The notes beneath the pieces were generated by a model, which worked only from the letters and a program-made list of their open reading frames with translations, ran no database searches and was not told where the DNA came from. Both the position numbers and the translations under genes were made by a program. DNA of 64,000 nt from Amoebophrya sp. A120. Taxonomy: Eukaryota; Protista; Dinoflagellata. Numbering within the stretch: position 1 is the stretch's first letter; every line of letters starts with the position of its first letter. Of the stretch, positions 23,565-35,296 are shown piece by piece. The stretch lies in the NCBI GenBank assembly GCA_905178155.1, contig CAJINV010000005.1:1576438-1640437 (forward strand), in the 5' to 3' direction.

Positions 23565-26189
23565 TCACATGAAAAAGTTCGCAAATCTTTTCAGCGCCCC
23601 ATTGGATTTCACCTTCGTTCCCTGTTTCAGCGTTATTACGCTGGACGCCGGCGGAATGCCCTTCAAGCCGAAAGCGTTTTTGACCACCTGCCCGACCGAG
23701 TTCGCTGCGGAAGTAAGCATGTTAGAGGCGAACATTGACGGTCCTTGCAGTGCCAGTTCTCCGTGTCTCGGCACCGCATGCACCGTGTCCCACAAATCCT
23801 CTAGGTACCGCATAATTGTGTTGATATCGTTTCATATGCACTGCAAAAGTTAAAGTTGTACTTGTACGATCGCATATTATACCCTGCTACTGCTGAAGAG
23901 CAAGAGCTACGAGGAGCTGGCGGGTAGGTCTGCGCTACTAGCTGACTTCTAGTACTACGTATATTCTCTTGATGTAGTTTGAGTTTTCAGAGGAGATTCA
24001 TGCCTCATTTCTTGCAGATGCAGTTGCAGCCCATCTGGACATTAGTACAACAACGAAACTACGAACTTTTCCCAAATTTCATATCCAACGTGACATACCC
24101 ATTCTCATTATCCTCATACTTGACCGCCTTCGGCCTGGCGCGCGGTCCGGGCAAATAGGCGGGCTGGCCGTCCGGGAGCAAAACCGGCTTCGAGTTCCCG
24201 CCGAAAAAGCCGGTAGACAGCGTGTAGGCCGGTTCGAAGGACATGCCTCGCATGATCGCCTTCCCGGTGTCGGTGACGACATTCGTCTTATTTTTCCCTG
24301 CCGTGCTTCCCACCCCACCCTGCATGCTGTTGTTCAAGTAATTGCTGTCTTCGTTAACCCCGCCCTTCATTTGGGAAACGAAGTTTTCAAACAGAAACCG
24401 CTGGTAGGACTTCATCACGTCGGTCTCCGGTTTCTCTTGCTTCGACTGGATCGCGTACGCAAACTGCTGCAGCAACAGTTCCCGCAAGTTCCGGACTTCG
24501 TTCTGCAAACCGTTCCAGTACCCGTCGCGGGCACACTTCGGGATGGGGTAGGGGTCGTAACTGTACCCCCAAGACATCACCCTCCGCTCCATGTCGGTCA
24601 GTTGATTGACAATCTTGTCGGAGAAGTATTGCTTGCCCGCTTTCGACGGTAACGCGGTCGGGTCGCGCATCGAGATCAAGTGCCACTTCAAACCGACAAT
24701 GGCCTTGCGAACCTGGTAGGGTAGTCGAGTTTATTTGGTGGTTATGGTTCCCTTTACGTAGTTGGGGGCACGAAACAGGTGCAGGAAGTAGAAAAAAACA
24801 ATAGCAAGAGCTTCAACTTTTCCATTAATTTGCCACCAGGCGAACACACGACAAGGTCAAGGACTAGGAACCACAACCACATACAAATAACATACCAAAT
24901 ATAGCCGCCGGGGCGGAGGTAGTGAGGTCGTGGGCGTTTTCTTGCCGGTTATCGCCTTGGCCGCGGCTTTGCTTTTTCTGGGCTCGCGATACCGCCGCGA
25001 GTAACGTTAGGCCGCACGGTATGGCGGCCGCTTGATAAACATCGCAAATTTTGGCAAATTCCCGAAATTCCTTTCCGAAGGCCAGCCCCCATGCTATGGG
25101 GCCGATCCGGGTGCCACGGGGGGCGCCCAAAAAGCGAAGGGAAATCGGGCCCATAGCATGCGGATTGGCTTTGCGCGTCTGGGGCGCTTTTTCTTTTTCG
25201 CGTTTTTATTTTTCACGCCGGCGCCTTTTGCAAAGCTTCCCAGGCTCTGAAACCGGCGAAAAGGCGGCCGCCTTCGCGGCCGCCCAAAATGCTCCGAAAT
25301 CGCGGCCGTGCCATGCTGTTTCGCTGTTCTGATTTTGGGCGCGTTTTTTGCGCGCCTCTTTTTGGGCGCCCCAAATCGCCAGAAACTAAGGCGGCGGGCG
25401 CCTCAGAAGGGCGCCCCTTTTGCCGGCTCCCCTGCGTCGTTTTATCGAGTGCGAATCGATAGCTTTCGACCGGGCTTGTTTGACGGCAACGCCCCGCCCG
25501 CTTGATAATTGCAAATTTTTTATGTGCAAAAACACTTCCGGCCGCTTGAAAACTGCCGGTCGTTTTTCAGGGTAGATGGCAAAAAAACTCCCCGGCTAGA
25601 ACCGTTCGGTGACCTCTCTACATATTATGACAAACACGAGGACCCGCTGCTTCCTCTCTCCTCCTTGATGATGTACGTAAGTACTTACCTTCCACATGAC
25701 CAGCGGATCGCAGCTGTCTGTGATGATGTCCTTGTGCCACGTTAGCAAATTCAACTTATCGTTGGGCTGCGTGATCGTTTTCCCCGCGCCGGGTGCGGGC
25801 CCCCGGGTCGGCATGGTGAACTTGAGCCGCTCCATCGTTTTCCGGGCCTGCCCCAAGTTAGTGTCCGCTTCTTGCAGGGGGCCTTCGCTTTTGGGCGTGG
25901 TGGCCGGTTTCGGCGGCTGGGCCGGCGGCCCGTCGTTTCCGGCCCCATCGTCCACGATGTCGTCCTGAAAAGCGCCTTGCGTGTTCGCGGGCGGGAAAAT
26001 CCCGCGGTCGGAACCGGTGTCGCCCCCGGGGAGTGTATCGTAAAAGCCGAAGGGAGGACGCGGGTTTAGTCCGGTGGCAATGAACGAGGTGACCGAGTAG
26101 GGACGACGGTTGTTGGTGTGATGGTGGTCGTAGCACAGTGGGTCATGAAGATGATGATGCTCTGGAACTACCAGCATGGGTCCTAACAT
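23565..26189 (-). CDS. Hypothetical protein, 3 or more exons; start uncertain
   Basis: ORFs 25596-26303, 24059-24691 and 23565-23813. GT-AG intron ~24714-25689 joins PLVMWK to VRKAIVG. The last join is tentative. Confidence 0.55.
24900..25600. mobile_element. ~700-bp GC-rich, palindrome-rich MITE-like insertion inside a canonical intron
   Basis: Ends TATAGCCGCCGGGG and CCCCGGCTAGA form an imperfect inverted repeat. Internal stem CATGCTATGGGGCCGAT / ATCGGGCCCATAGCATG. No credible ORF. Confidence 0.55.
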
Positions 26190-26929
26190 GGTTAGGGCGG
26201 AGATGACGAGTTGTTTCTTTTGGCTTGTTTCTGTTCTGACGCATCTTCTATCCAAAAAGAGAAACAACTCACTTTGACTTGCGCCGCAAGGAGAACAAAT
26301 CAACCAAAGCTAGGCTGCGGGCTAAATGAGTGAAAAGCATGCAGCGAGGCCTTGCCGATGCCGCAGCTTTTTGTTGGCAACATCGTGCGTCGATGACCTC
26401 CAAAAATACACCACATAATTCTTCCACTTCGACATCGACTTCCTAGGGAGGTAACGAAAGACAAACAACTATTCCGACGAAGCACGATCTGAACGAGTCA
26501 CGGTCGACCACCGCGACTGGCAACGATTCATCTGCTTCTTCGATCATGTACTCGCGAAAGTAGACACCATCACGATGATCCATCAAAAATATACGAATCA
26601 CGAGCTTTCGCGACAACGAAAACGATAATGCCTCCCCGCCTCGCCCAGCAGGAAAAGTATATAAATTGTAATTGCTCACTATCGATTCTGTGACATATAT
26701 GTGCCGTTGGTTTTCAGTAGCTGGCTGCGATGAGCCAGAACCTGCACTGCGCCCGCTGCGTGCACTTCTAATTTTTTCGATAACAAAATGAACTCGTAGT
26801 ACTAGCTACAGGTCGGAGGTTGCGGGTACGCAATTTCCAAAGAAAAGTGGCGAACCAATACCAATTACACCCAGCTGCACATTCGTTCACATTGACTTTC
26901 TCAGTTGACGTTCTTCTTGAAAAACAACA

Positions 26930-28136
26930 TCACCCCTCACTGTGCTCCTCCAGCTTCGACTTGAGCAGCGGTACATTCGCGCCTTGGATCCGGTCCAGTT
27001 CCATCTGTGTCTTGCCGTCTTGCAGCACAAAGGTATGAAATTCACAAATCTTGACCTGGGTCTGGGACTCGTCATGCTTGCGCTTGGTTGTCTCACGACA
27101 GGACTTCTGCTCTGCTATAACTGTATCGCAGAGAGTGTGTCAGCCCGATCTTGAAAAATTTCGTAAACTCAATGTGCTTGGAGAGATACTCGTAGGTACG
27201 TTACGAACATTACAACTTTCCAGACTCCCAGACACATAATTTGCGAAAATGCGTAGAAGGTCGGCACCGCTGAAATGCGCATCTTCACCGCGAGCTCTTC
27301 GTTGCTATCCAGGTCGATCTTCAAAATTTTGTACTTCTCACCCAGCTGTTCCACATCGGGGGCGACGCGCTGGCAGGGGCCGCACCACGCAGCGGTGAAG
27401 TAGGATACAATCACTGACTGGGCGGTATCCAGTGGTACCAATTTCTCGTAATAGTCCACGCGCAAGAAAAGTTGCAGACCTTCTTGCACCATGACACAGT
27501 TTTTCTGCTACTTCCCTCGCCTGCTCGTCAGCATTTTTACACTTGCAAATGACTTGATACAGGATGCCAGATCAATTTGGATTTCTATACTTCATTTGCC
27601 ATTTCTCGTGCCGCGGTCATCGTCATGCATTAGCATTTACATTTTCTACTTCATCTTGTTCGTCATGTACATGCAGTACGTGAAATTTGCGTTTCTTAAT
27701 TAGAATTCTCCTTCACCTGCTTCTCGTAGTCCGCCGTCCCATTTACCTTCAGTGTGGCAAAAGATCTTTTCCATCCGGCGGCAGATGAGCTGATAGATCT
27801 AGAAAGCAAATTCTTGCCCGAGGTCCAAAACCCGCACCCGAAGACGAAGTGTGGCGCTGCTGCCGTTGTAGACGCCACTCCTGAAGTAGAAGTTGTCGCC
27901 GGTTTCCGTTTGGCGGCTAATGGTAATGAGGTAGATGTGTGGGAGAACAAGTTGTTGCGAGAAGTCATGGCATTGACACTGGAATAGTTTCGAAGGACTG
28001 TAAAACTTTTCAGATCGGCAGGAAAACGAGCACCAGGCGACCCAAACTGGCGCGCCTTCCATGACGACCGCAGGCCCGACGGGCCGCGACAAGAGCGCAC
28101 GGCGACGTTTTGACTTGCAGTTCGCAACGGCAACAT
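26930..28136 (-). CDS. Thioredoxin with mitochondrial-type presequence, 3 exons
   Basis: WCGPC active site and AVPTF cis-Pro motif. Last exon VLQDGK..RIQGAN..LEEHSEG*. N-terminus is Arg/Ser-rich and acid-poor. Confidence 0.9.
27029..27255 (-). mobile_element. Introner-type intron (TAC...ATA; TSD CCTTC/CCTTT) in thioredoxin
   Basis: TIR TACGCATTTTCGCAAAT ~ TATGAAATTCACAAAT. Removal gives AVPTF|VLQDGK, the typical Trx sequence. Confidence 0.8.
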
Positions 28137-28524
28137 TTTATTTTGCTCTCGTGCTTGTTTGCGCGCTACAAAATAGGGCTACTAGGAAGATCTTTTTGTT
28201 GCTATGACAGAAGTTGTGGAGTGTGATCGGTTGTTGGAGGAGTGCTTGCTCTCGCATTGACTCTACGTCTGCTGGTACTGCACCGACCTGCACTGCGAAT
28301 CAATGGAGTCGAGCATTTCTTACCAGCCAAAATTCGGCTTGCTTGCAGTGGCTAGAAGAAGGATCGCACTGGAGCAGCAGAACGAGAAAAGTAGAACGCA
28401 GGGCGAGATCTTTATAATGCCAAACAAGTGCTCCAATTCAATTATTTATATTTTCACCAGATGGAAGTTTCTGCCTCATCAAAAAACAAATGCAATATAA
28501 AAGGATCATGGCCATCATCAAATT

Positions 28525-29695
28525 TGAAGCAAGAGCAACTCAGTCTCGTGCAGAGGAACAGCATCTTGTTCACAACAACTTCTTGATGTCTCGTTTCCTT
28601 CCCGCGGCGGCCTTGCGAAATGAAACCACCTTGCTTTGATTGATTTATCGAAACAGAAACGAAACCCAGACGTACTTTTGTACTGCCCCTTCTGGTGTCT
28701 CCTGTGTCACGAAATCTTTTCTGCCGTCGTGCTGCAATGTAATCGACGCCGGCTGTGATGTTGCATGCAGCTTCGCGACGCTCGCCTTCGCCAACGCCAC
28801 CTCATTCGCTAAATTACTTGTTACATCAACAACACTTTCAATCCTGATAAGTGTTACTGAATAAAGCTGCAGTCTTCTCCAAATTTAGATCTACGTTAGT
28901 GCCTCCGATCTGCGTACTGTTGTAAAATTTCTTCGAAAAAACAAACCAGATGACGGGGCATGAAGAGAACAAACGCATCAAACGAGCTTGTTCCAGTTGA
29001 TAGTGAAGCGGACGCTGTGGACACAAACACTCTTATCGGGTGCTCCCATCGTCGGTATCCTTCAGCGTTTTGTGCAGGGCGGTAAGCTATACATTGTAAA
29101 TATGTGTCTGGGCCTCGATAGAACGGACTTTGTGATGCCGAATTGGTTCGCAGGTGGATGGAAGTCAGATTCAGATTCACGAATTTGGTCTCACTCTCAT
29201 GCGTTGAAAAAGAAAGATGCCTGCCAACAAGTGCCCGCGCCTTATTTCCAAGCCCAGATCGATAATTTGCAATGCATATGATCTGGGCGATGTCGTTCCC
29301 CACATTCTGCATGTAGCCCATGTAGGTTTTGTAGGACGCGAAGTAGGCGTCCTTAGGGGTCTGAGGAAAGCCCGTCTCGTCCTCTTGCCCAATGCGCGCT
29401 TTGATGGTCATCGCTGCGGCGTTCATCTGTAGTGTTGGAAATCAATGTTGTAACTTGCTGCAATATGAAATCACATGCTCTGATGAACATGGTCTAGATC
29501 GAGTTGTACGCGTACTGCGTGATGAATATCGAGATTGATACAAAAAGAACTACTCAATCATGCACTTCTTACCATAGCCTGCAGCGCGGGAAGCGAGTTG
29601 GTCTGCGTGGTCTGTGCCAGGACCACGGTGGAGAACGGTGCGCACAGCAGAGCCAGAAGCAGCAGCATCGGCCGCGACTGCAGAAGCAGCTTCAT
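28525..29695 (-). CDS. Putative secreted protein, multi-exon; 3' end uncertain
   Basis: Signal peptide MKLLLQSRPMLLLLALLCAPFSTVVLA, a GT-AG intron, then a probable GA-AG intron 28844-29283 giving NDIAQ|IESVVDVTSNLANEV. Confidence 0.6.
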
Positions 29696-30615
29696 TCTTT
29701 CCGTTCACGTTGACTGCAGAATAGCAGTAGACAACTCAGAGCAGGATGAATCTAGATGTACTGTGTATAACAAAGCAAGGTGGTGATGTAGTGCATCACC
29801 ATCATGCTGTTTATCTTCCCTCTCAAATTAAACACAGTGACCCTCTGTTTGTGCCAAGAGCCTCCAAGCGAACTAACGCAGACTGCAGTGCAACGAAGTT
29901 ACTCGTACGGAGGACGCACGTGCAACACGGCTAATTCGCTACTTGATGCAGCTCCTGCTCCAAAACGAACCTCCTTAATAGTATGAGTATCATCAGGAGC
30001 GCAGGCCTTTTTCCTGTTTTTTTTCGTTTGCATTTATTTCTCATGTTCATGGTTTGTCTCCATCGTCGTGGTCGTATGTTAGCGTTTTCCGAAGAAAAGA
30101 GCTCACTTTGAAGCCGAGGAAGCAAAAACAAATGGTTTAAGGGCATGAGTTGTTTGCCGGAAAAACAAAAACTACAGATGCATAGTACAATTTGCTGGTA
30201 CAGTGGGTGTTGTATTGGTATTCGCCTCATTCAAATACAAGATTTTGACTCTCCTTCGTCACACCAAAATTTCCATTTTAGTTTAACAGGTTGCGGCTGG
30301 CACGACTTCTCCAGGTTGCACTGAGTTTAAGTTGGCGCCCTCCTTGTTTTGCGAATAAATTTTTTGTCTTTGTGCTTGATTAGTGTAATTATCCCTTCTC
30401 CTTCATTCGAACAAGTACTAAAAACCATAAGCATAACCATGATCAAAATAATCATCTACATCTTCTGATGAAACGGTATATAGTGTAGCTAGGTAGTCTA
30501 GTCGTCATTTGAAGAAAAAAAGCAGCAACATTTTTCCGTCAGGCTTCATCGTCTTTCGCTCCTGCATTGAAAACGCCTGGGCACCTTTAAGTTGATAGCG
30601 GAGACCACTTCATCT

Positions 30616-33600
30616 TCACTTGGCCACCTTGGGCAAGTTGTCAAACATGGAGAGCATCTTCTTCATCTCCGTCATGCGCGACAGCATCTCGTGCTGCTGC
30701 CTCTTCGCCGACACGAGCTGGTCCTCCATGTGCGCTTTTTCCTCCTCCAGGGCCTTCAAGTCCTTCAAATAGGTCGCCAGCTGCTCGTCGTCCTTCGCCG
30801 CCTCGAGCAGGTCGGTCACAGACGCCGAGGGCTCCGGCTCCTCCAGCAAGGTGGACTGCTTCTTCAGCTCTGCCAGCTGTTTCTGCATATTCCCCAGGGA
30901 CGGTCCGCGGACTGTGGACGAGGAGCGCAGCGGCGCCGTCGTGGGGGAATCCTGCGATTTAATTTTCTTTTAACACTATTGATTCTCTTTTTCATGAGCG
31001 ACATTGAGCATCAGCATTCCAAGAAGAACGCTATATTGCATCAAATGTTTGAGTGAAGATACCTCCTCCTTATCATCCTCGTCCTCGCTGTCTTCATCGT
31101 CTTCCGGTGGAAGATATCCTGTACAAAACTATCGCACTCGTATAAATGCAGGTCTTGCATTACAAATTTCTTTGTCAAGGCAAATCAGCATTACAAATTT
31201 TATTTCTCATGCTGAGAAAATTTGTGATGCATTTATACGAGTACGATACTTTTGCAGTTCATAGAAGATCCTCGGCGTTGATCTTTTCTCCCCGGGTATA
31301 CACGGAAAAAAAAGTGTTCTTCACCGAGTCAGGTCGTGGTCTGAAGATCTTCGTAACTACAGGTGGACGAAGTAGAAAATACAAGTGGATGAACTGGTGC
31401 AGTCAGCCATGCCTCTGCGTGCCAGCACAAAAACACACTAAAAAAACCGTAGCCGTTGTCTGTTCGTGGTGTCCACACAGACCATGCTATTTCTATCTAG
31501 ATCGATGGAGCAATTGGAATTGCCATCATCTGACACGTTGGCCACTTTTCTCCTCCAGCATACCCGTCTCCCGCCATGTTGTCCGCACCAGACAGCAACT
31601 CCTTCATCACTGCTATCTTCTCCATCAGGTGCTGTAGTTTTGCGCTATTGCATTACAAATTTTCCTGAGAATCTGAACATATCTTATACATACTCATATT
31701 ACAAGCTAAACTTCTTCTATAATACGAAAAAACTAGAATGTCAACGTTGACAAGATTCGAAAATATGGATCAGGATCAGCATAGTTATACATAAAGTACT
31801 GTGCTAACTATTTGCAGCTGCATATGTTGCATAAACACTCCACAACGTGATGATGAACTGCTTAGCAGTTCAATAGTATTAAACCTTACCTTCATCTCCC
31901 CAATAGTCTCTTCCAATTCCGGGTTCTGCGCTTTCATGGCCGCAGACACCCCTGCCTGGGTTCGCGCGGACGGCTCAAACTTTTTTCCCGGAGAAGCGCC
32001 CACTACACTGCTCGGGATTCTCATCGAGGCCGGCATGGTTGCGTTCAACGACGCCGGGGCGCGGCCTGTCGGTCCCGCGGACGCAGGACGGGCGCTCATC
32101 AGGTCGGCTCGGGTCGTGTAAAATTTCTTGCCTGTTCCAGATGCGCTTGCTATCCAGGGAAAAAAGATGGCGGCCGCCACTTCAAGAGCCACTCTTCATG
32201 AGCAGAACTGCGGTCGCAGAGCGGGACTAGGTTCCTTTAATACGCTATTGGTTGCTATTCCTGTTGGCGATCAATCTGAAATAGTAAACCAAATTTCGTC
32301 TACCATGTGCCAGGAAAATTTCGGATGTAAAAACTGCACAAACTCCGACGACAAGCATGGTTCTAATATTCACGGTCAACATCTCTTTTTCCACTCCATA
32401 TTTGCCGGCACGTTGCCGCCCGAAAACAGAGCCGCAGCAGCTTCAGCGCCGCTCCCGGCCCCTGCCTGTGCGCCGGTGACCTGGGCCAGCAACTGGTGCG
32501 CCTTGTCTTCCGGGTAGATCTTCTTCAGCATTTCCAAAGCGGTCTCCCGCACGGCATCCTGTTTCGCGCTGGAGGTCGTAGCGCGGTGATAAGCCGGCGT
32601 CGTCGGCGCGGTACGGGCCCCTGTCCCGCGGTGGACTGGCGTGACGCCTGCGTTATGGTGAAACAGGAACAAGATCATGAACAACCTTGAAGCAGAAGAA
32701 GATCGTCACTTTTGAGATGAAAGCCTCCAAGCGTCTGTCTCCCTCATACAGGCAGCAGACGCAGCGTCAGATGCAGCGAGAATTTTAAACTTTGTTTACG
32801 TCGTCGTGACATTAGTCTTTAACTTTATTTTTTGTGCCTGTTTTTCGTTTTACTTTTACGTTTACCTTCGTTTTGCTTCTTCTGCGTCAATAAGTCTCGC
32901 ATCTGCGTTGCAGCCTGCTGAATAGCTTTGTTTGCCGTGTCCATCTCTCCAATCACCGCTTCTTGGGCATCGATCACCTGTATCGATTATGATAGAATTG
33001 CAGAAAAAAAATCGCATGCAAGATTCACGGCATATGTCATGCTGCAAACGCAAGCCAAAGAAGTAGATACAACTAGTTTCTGAAACTACCACCAAATTCA
33101 TGTTCTTCTTCGTGTACTATACTTTCCGCTGCTGCTCGTACATATCATGGACCGCTTTCAGCATGGCCAAACTGTGCTCCAACCGCTTTGACAGCATGTC
33201 GATGGTGGCATCCTTTTCGTCACACAGCTGCTTCAAAAGGTCCACCTCATCCTGTTTGCTCCCCGCTGCGTGCTTCTTCTCGTACGCAATGGCCTCCTCG
33301 AGCAATTTTCGGTCCTCCTCATCCAGCGTAGCACCCAGGGCGGCCTCCTCTTCCTCATCGTTCTTGCCCATCTGCTCCAGGATCGCTGTTGGGAAATTGA
33401 AACTCTTCTTTATCGAGAAGATCGAGGTTCAGGTATAAGCTATCTTGTCATCATGCTCATAAAGACACAATTTTTCAACATTTTGTCTACTTTTAGCGCG
33501 AAATCGAAATCCAAATCGTTACCTGCATACTGCGAGTCCAACTTCGTCTGAAAGGATTCAATCTGTGCCTTAATTTCCGCTTCTTCTGCTGCCAAGGCCG

Positions 33601-34379
33601 CTTGCTTTCCCTTCGACTCTTCTGCCCCCTCGAAATCGTACTTGGACGGCGAAACCTTCTCCGGACTGGCCGTTCCCGGCACGACCTTTTTCAGCACGGA
33701 CAAGCCAATCACCCAGGCTTTCAGCTCCTCCACCGTTTCAAGTCTATGCATTGCAAAAGTATCGCATTGGTGTTTCGTTTTCTTTATTGCATTCTCATAA
33801 TTCATTGATTACATCTACATACAACATGTTGAGAAATCTATTTCATATATTGCCCCGCCATTCAACAGCATTCGAAACTGCATTTTCACCTGACTCTTGT
33901 GAAGACGCGACTCTTAGGTACAACTACACAGTCTGATGCTTTTGCGCTGCCTAGCACTGCAACTGCAGCAGATCCTCGATGAAGAGCAGATTGGAATCCG
34001 GGATGGGCGTGATGGCCCCCAGGTCCGCGATGGGCACCGACACCAGGTCGCCCACTTTCACGTCGTCATCGTTGCCCACCCACGCGTCGGAAAATTGCAA
34101 ATGGTCGAGCTTCTCGCTGTCGACGCACACCACCCGCACCGAGGATTTGCTCCACTTCCCGTTCCCCAGGTACGTCTTGCTTACCATGGCCTTCGGCGCC
34201 GCAATCTTCGCGAGATAGGACTTCAGCTCTTCCCGATTTCCGCTGGAAAGATCCGCATCGTTTTCATCGTCCGCGGATAGAACGAAATCCTTCATCGAGG
34301 CGGAGCTTGCTTGTTGAGCCTTCTTACTGAAAGACGCCCCTCCGCCATAAACGTCGGAGCTGGAAAATGCCGAAGCCAT
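30616..34379 (-). CDS. PH-like domain + coiled-coil protein, ~10 exons
   Basis: PH-type terminal helix ETVEELKAWVIGL and coiled coils. Exons join in frame through a mix of GT-AG and TAT...ATA introns. Confidence 0.7.
31110..31263 (-). mobile_element. Introner family A copy 1 (element 31115-31263, perfect TSD TCTTC)
   Basis: 29-bp subterminal inverted repeat with 3 mismatches. Close copy at 62456-62593. Removal gives INAEDL|PPEDDEDSED. Confidence 0.9.
31292..31562 (-). mobile_element. TAT...ATA introner intron (TSD ACGGG/CCCGG)
   Basis: TIR TATGCTGGAGGAGAAAAGTG ~ TATACACGGAAAAAAAAGTG. In-frame join MAGDG|GEKIN. Confidence 0.7.
32146..32400 (-). mobile_element. TAT...ATA introner intron (TSD GCAAA/GCAAG)
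   Basis: TIR TATGGAGTGGAAAAAGAGATG ~ TATCCAGGGAAAAAAGATG. In-frame join VPAN|ASGTGKK. Confidence 0.8.
32926..33121 (-). mobile_element. Degenerate introner intron (TAT...AAA; TSD GAAAG/CAAAG)
   Basis: In-frame join EQQRK|AIQQAATQM. Contains the TGTCATGC motif. Confidence 0.6.
33747..33957 (-). mobile_element. Decayed family A introner, now GT...CA (TSD TTGCA/ATGCA)
   Basis: Retains TGCAAAAGTATCGCA and GATGCTTTTGC, the family A inverted repeats. In-frame join LLQLH|RLETVEE. Confidence 0.65.
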
Positions 34380-35296
34380 CTTGCGATCTGTTCGATTGTG
34401 ATGATCTACCGGAGGTAAGAAGAGCAGCTCTACCTAGAGACCGAGCGCCTAGTAGCGGGGCAGGCACACGAGTCTCTTACAACTCTTCTTCTTCCTACGC
34501 AAGGAGCTTGAAATCGTATAGTGCTTAGCTACGATGAACTAGAGTTGCACTCATGGTGAAGTTTTGATATTTCTTTTCGCACTTTGATTTTTTCATCTTT
34601 TGGACAGAAACGCATTGAATCAGAGCGAGAATAAGCACAGCCTGGAATTAACCACGTACTCAAAAAGCACCCACGGTGCCGCCAAGTAAGTCAATGAAGT
34701 ACAAGCACATTGATATTAATGAGCCAGGAACGAACTCAGACTCGCGAACAGGAATCCTTGATTTGTTTGCAACGCAGATGAAGAACAAAGACAAACATAA
34801 TACTTGCAATGTTAAAGCACGTACTGTGTGCGAATGTTCATAATCTCTCTCATTATGTCAATTTGAACATGAAGAACGCAGAAAAGCAATATGAAGTACT
34901 GAACCAAGGCCTGCACCTGCGTGCTGCGTAGGAACATGAACATCAAACTAAAGTAACAGGAATGCTGGCATTGCACAACACCCAATCGGAAAGAGCGCCC
35001 GAAACAGGCTTTTGCGTGCCTGTTCTTCGTGTTCATCGTCAGATACATCAGATACTTACTCGTCACTCTATGCGTATTGGAATATTTCGACCGTAATCAG
35101 TCACAGGCTCGTCTAAGTAAGTAGTTGAGCCACCACAACGACCGGCGAAGATAGTGATCCTAGTGATACTTATCTGTGCTTCCGCTCCCCCATGATACGG
35201 GGCTTCTAGCCTTGTGGAAACATCTTCTCGCCGCGAGAAGGACAAGAGGCGTCGGCGTATGAGCCAGCTGCATCGTATCGAGGGACGACGTTCGTG

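Noticed and set aside
31283-31553. 9-bp direct repeat GGAGAAAAG as the intron boundary
   Set aside because: It is also in frame, but the TAT...ATA TIR model (31292-31562) explains the ends better. cDNA is needed to exclude it.
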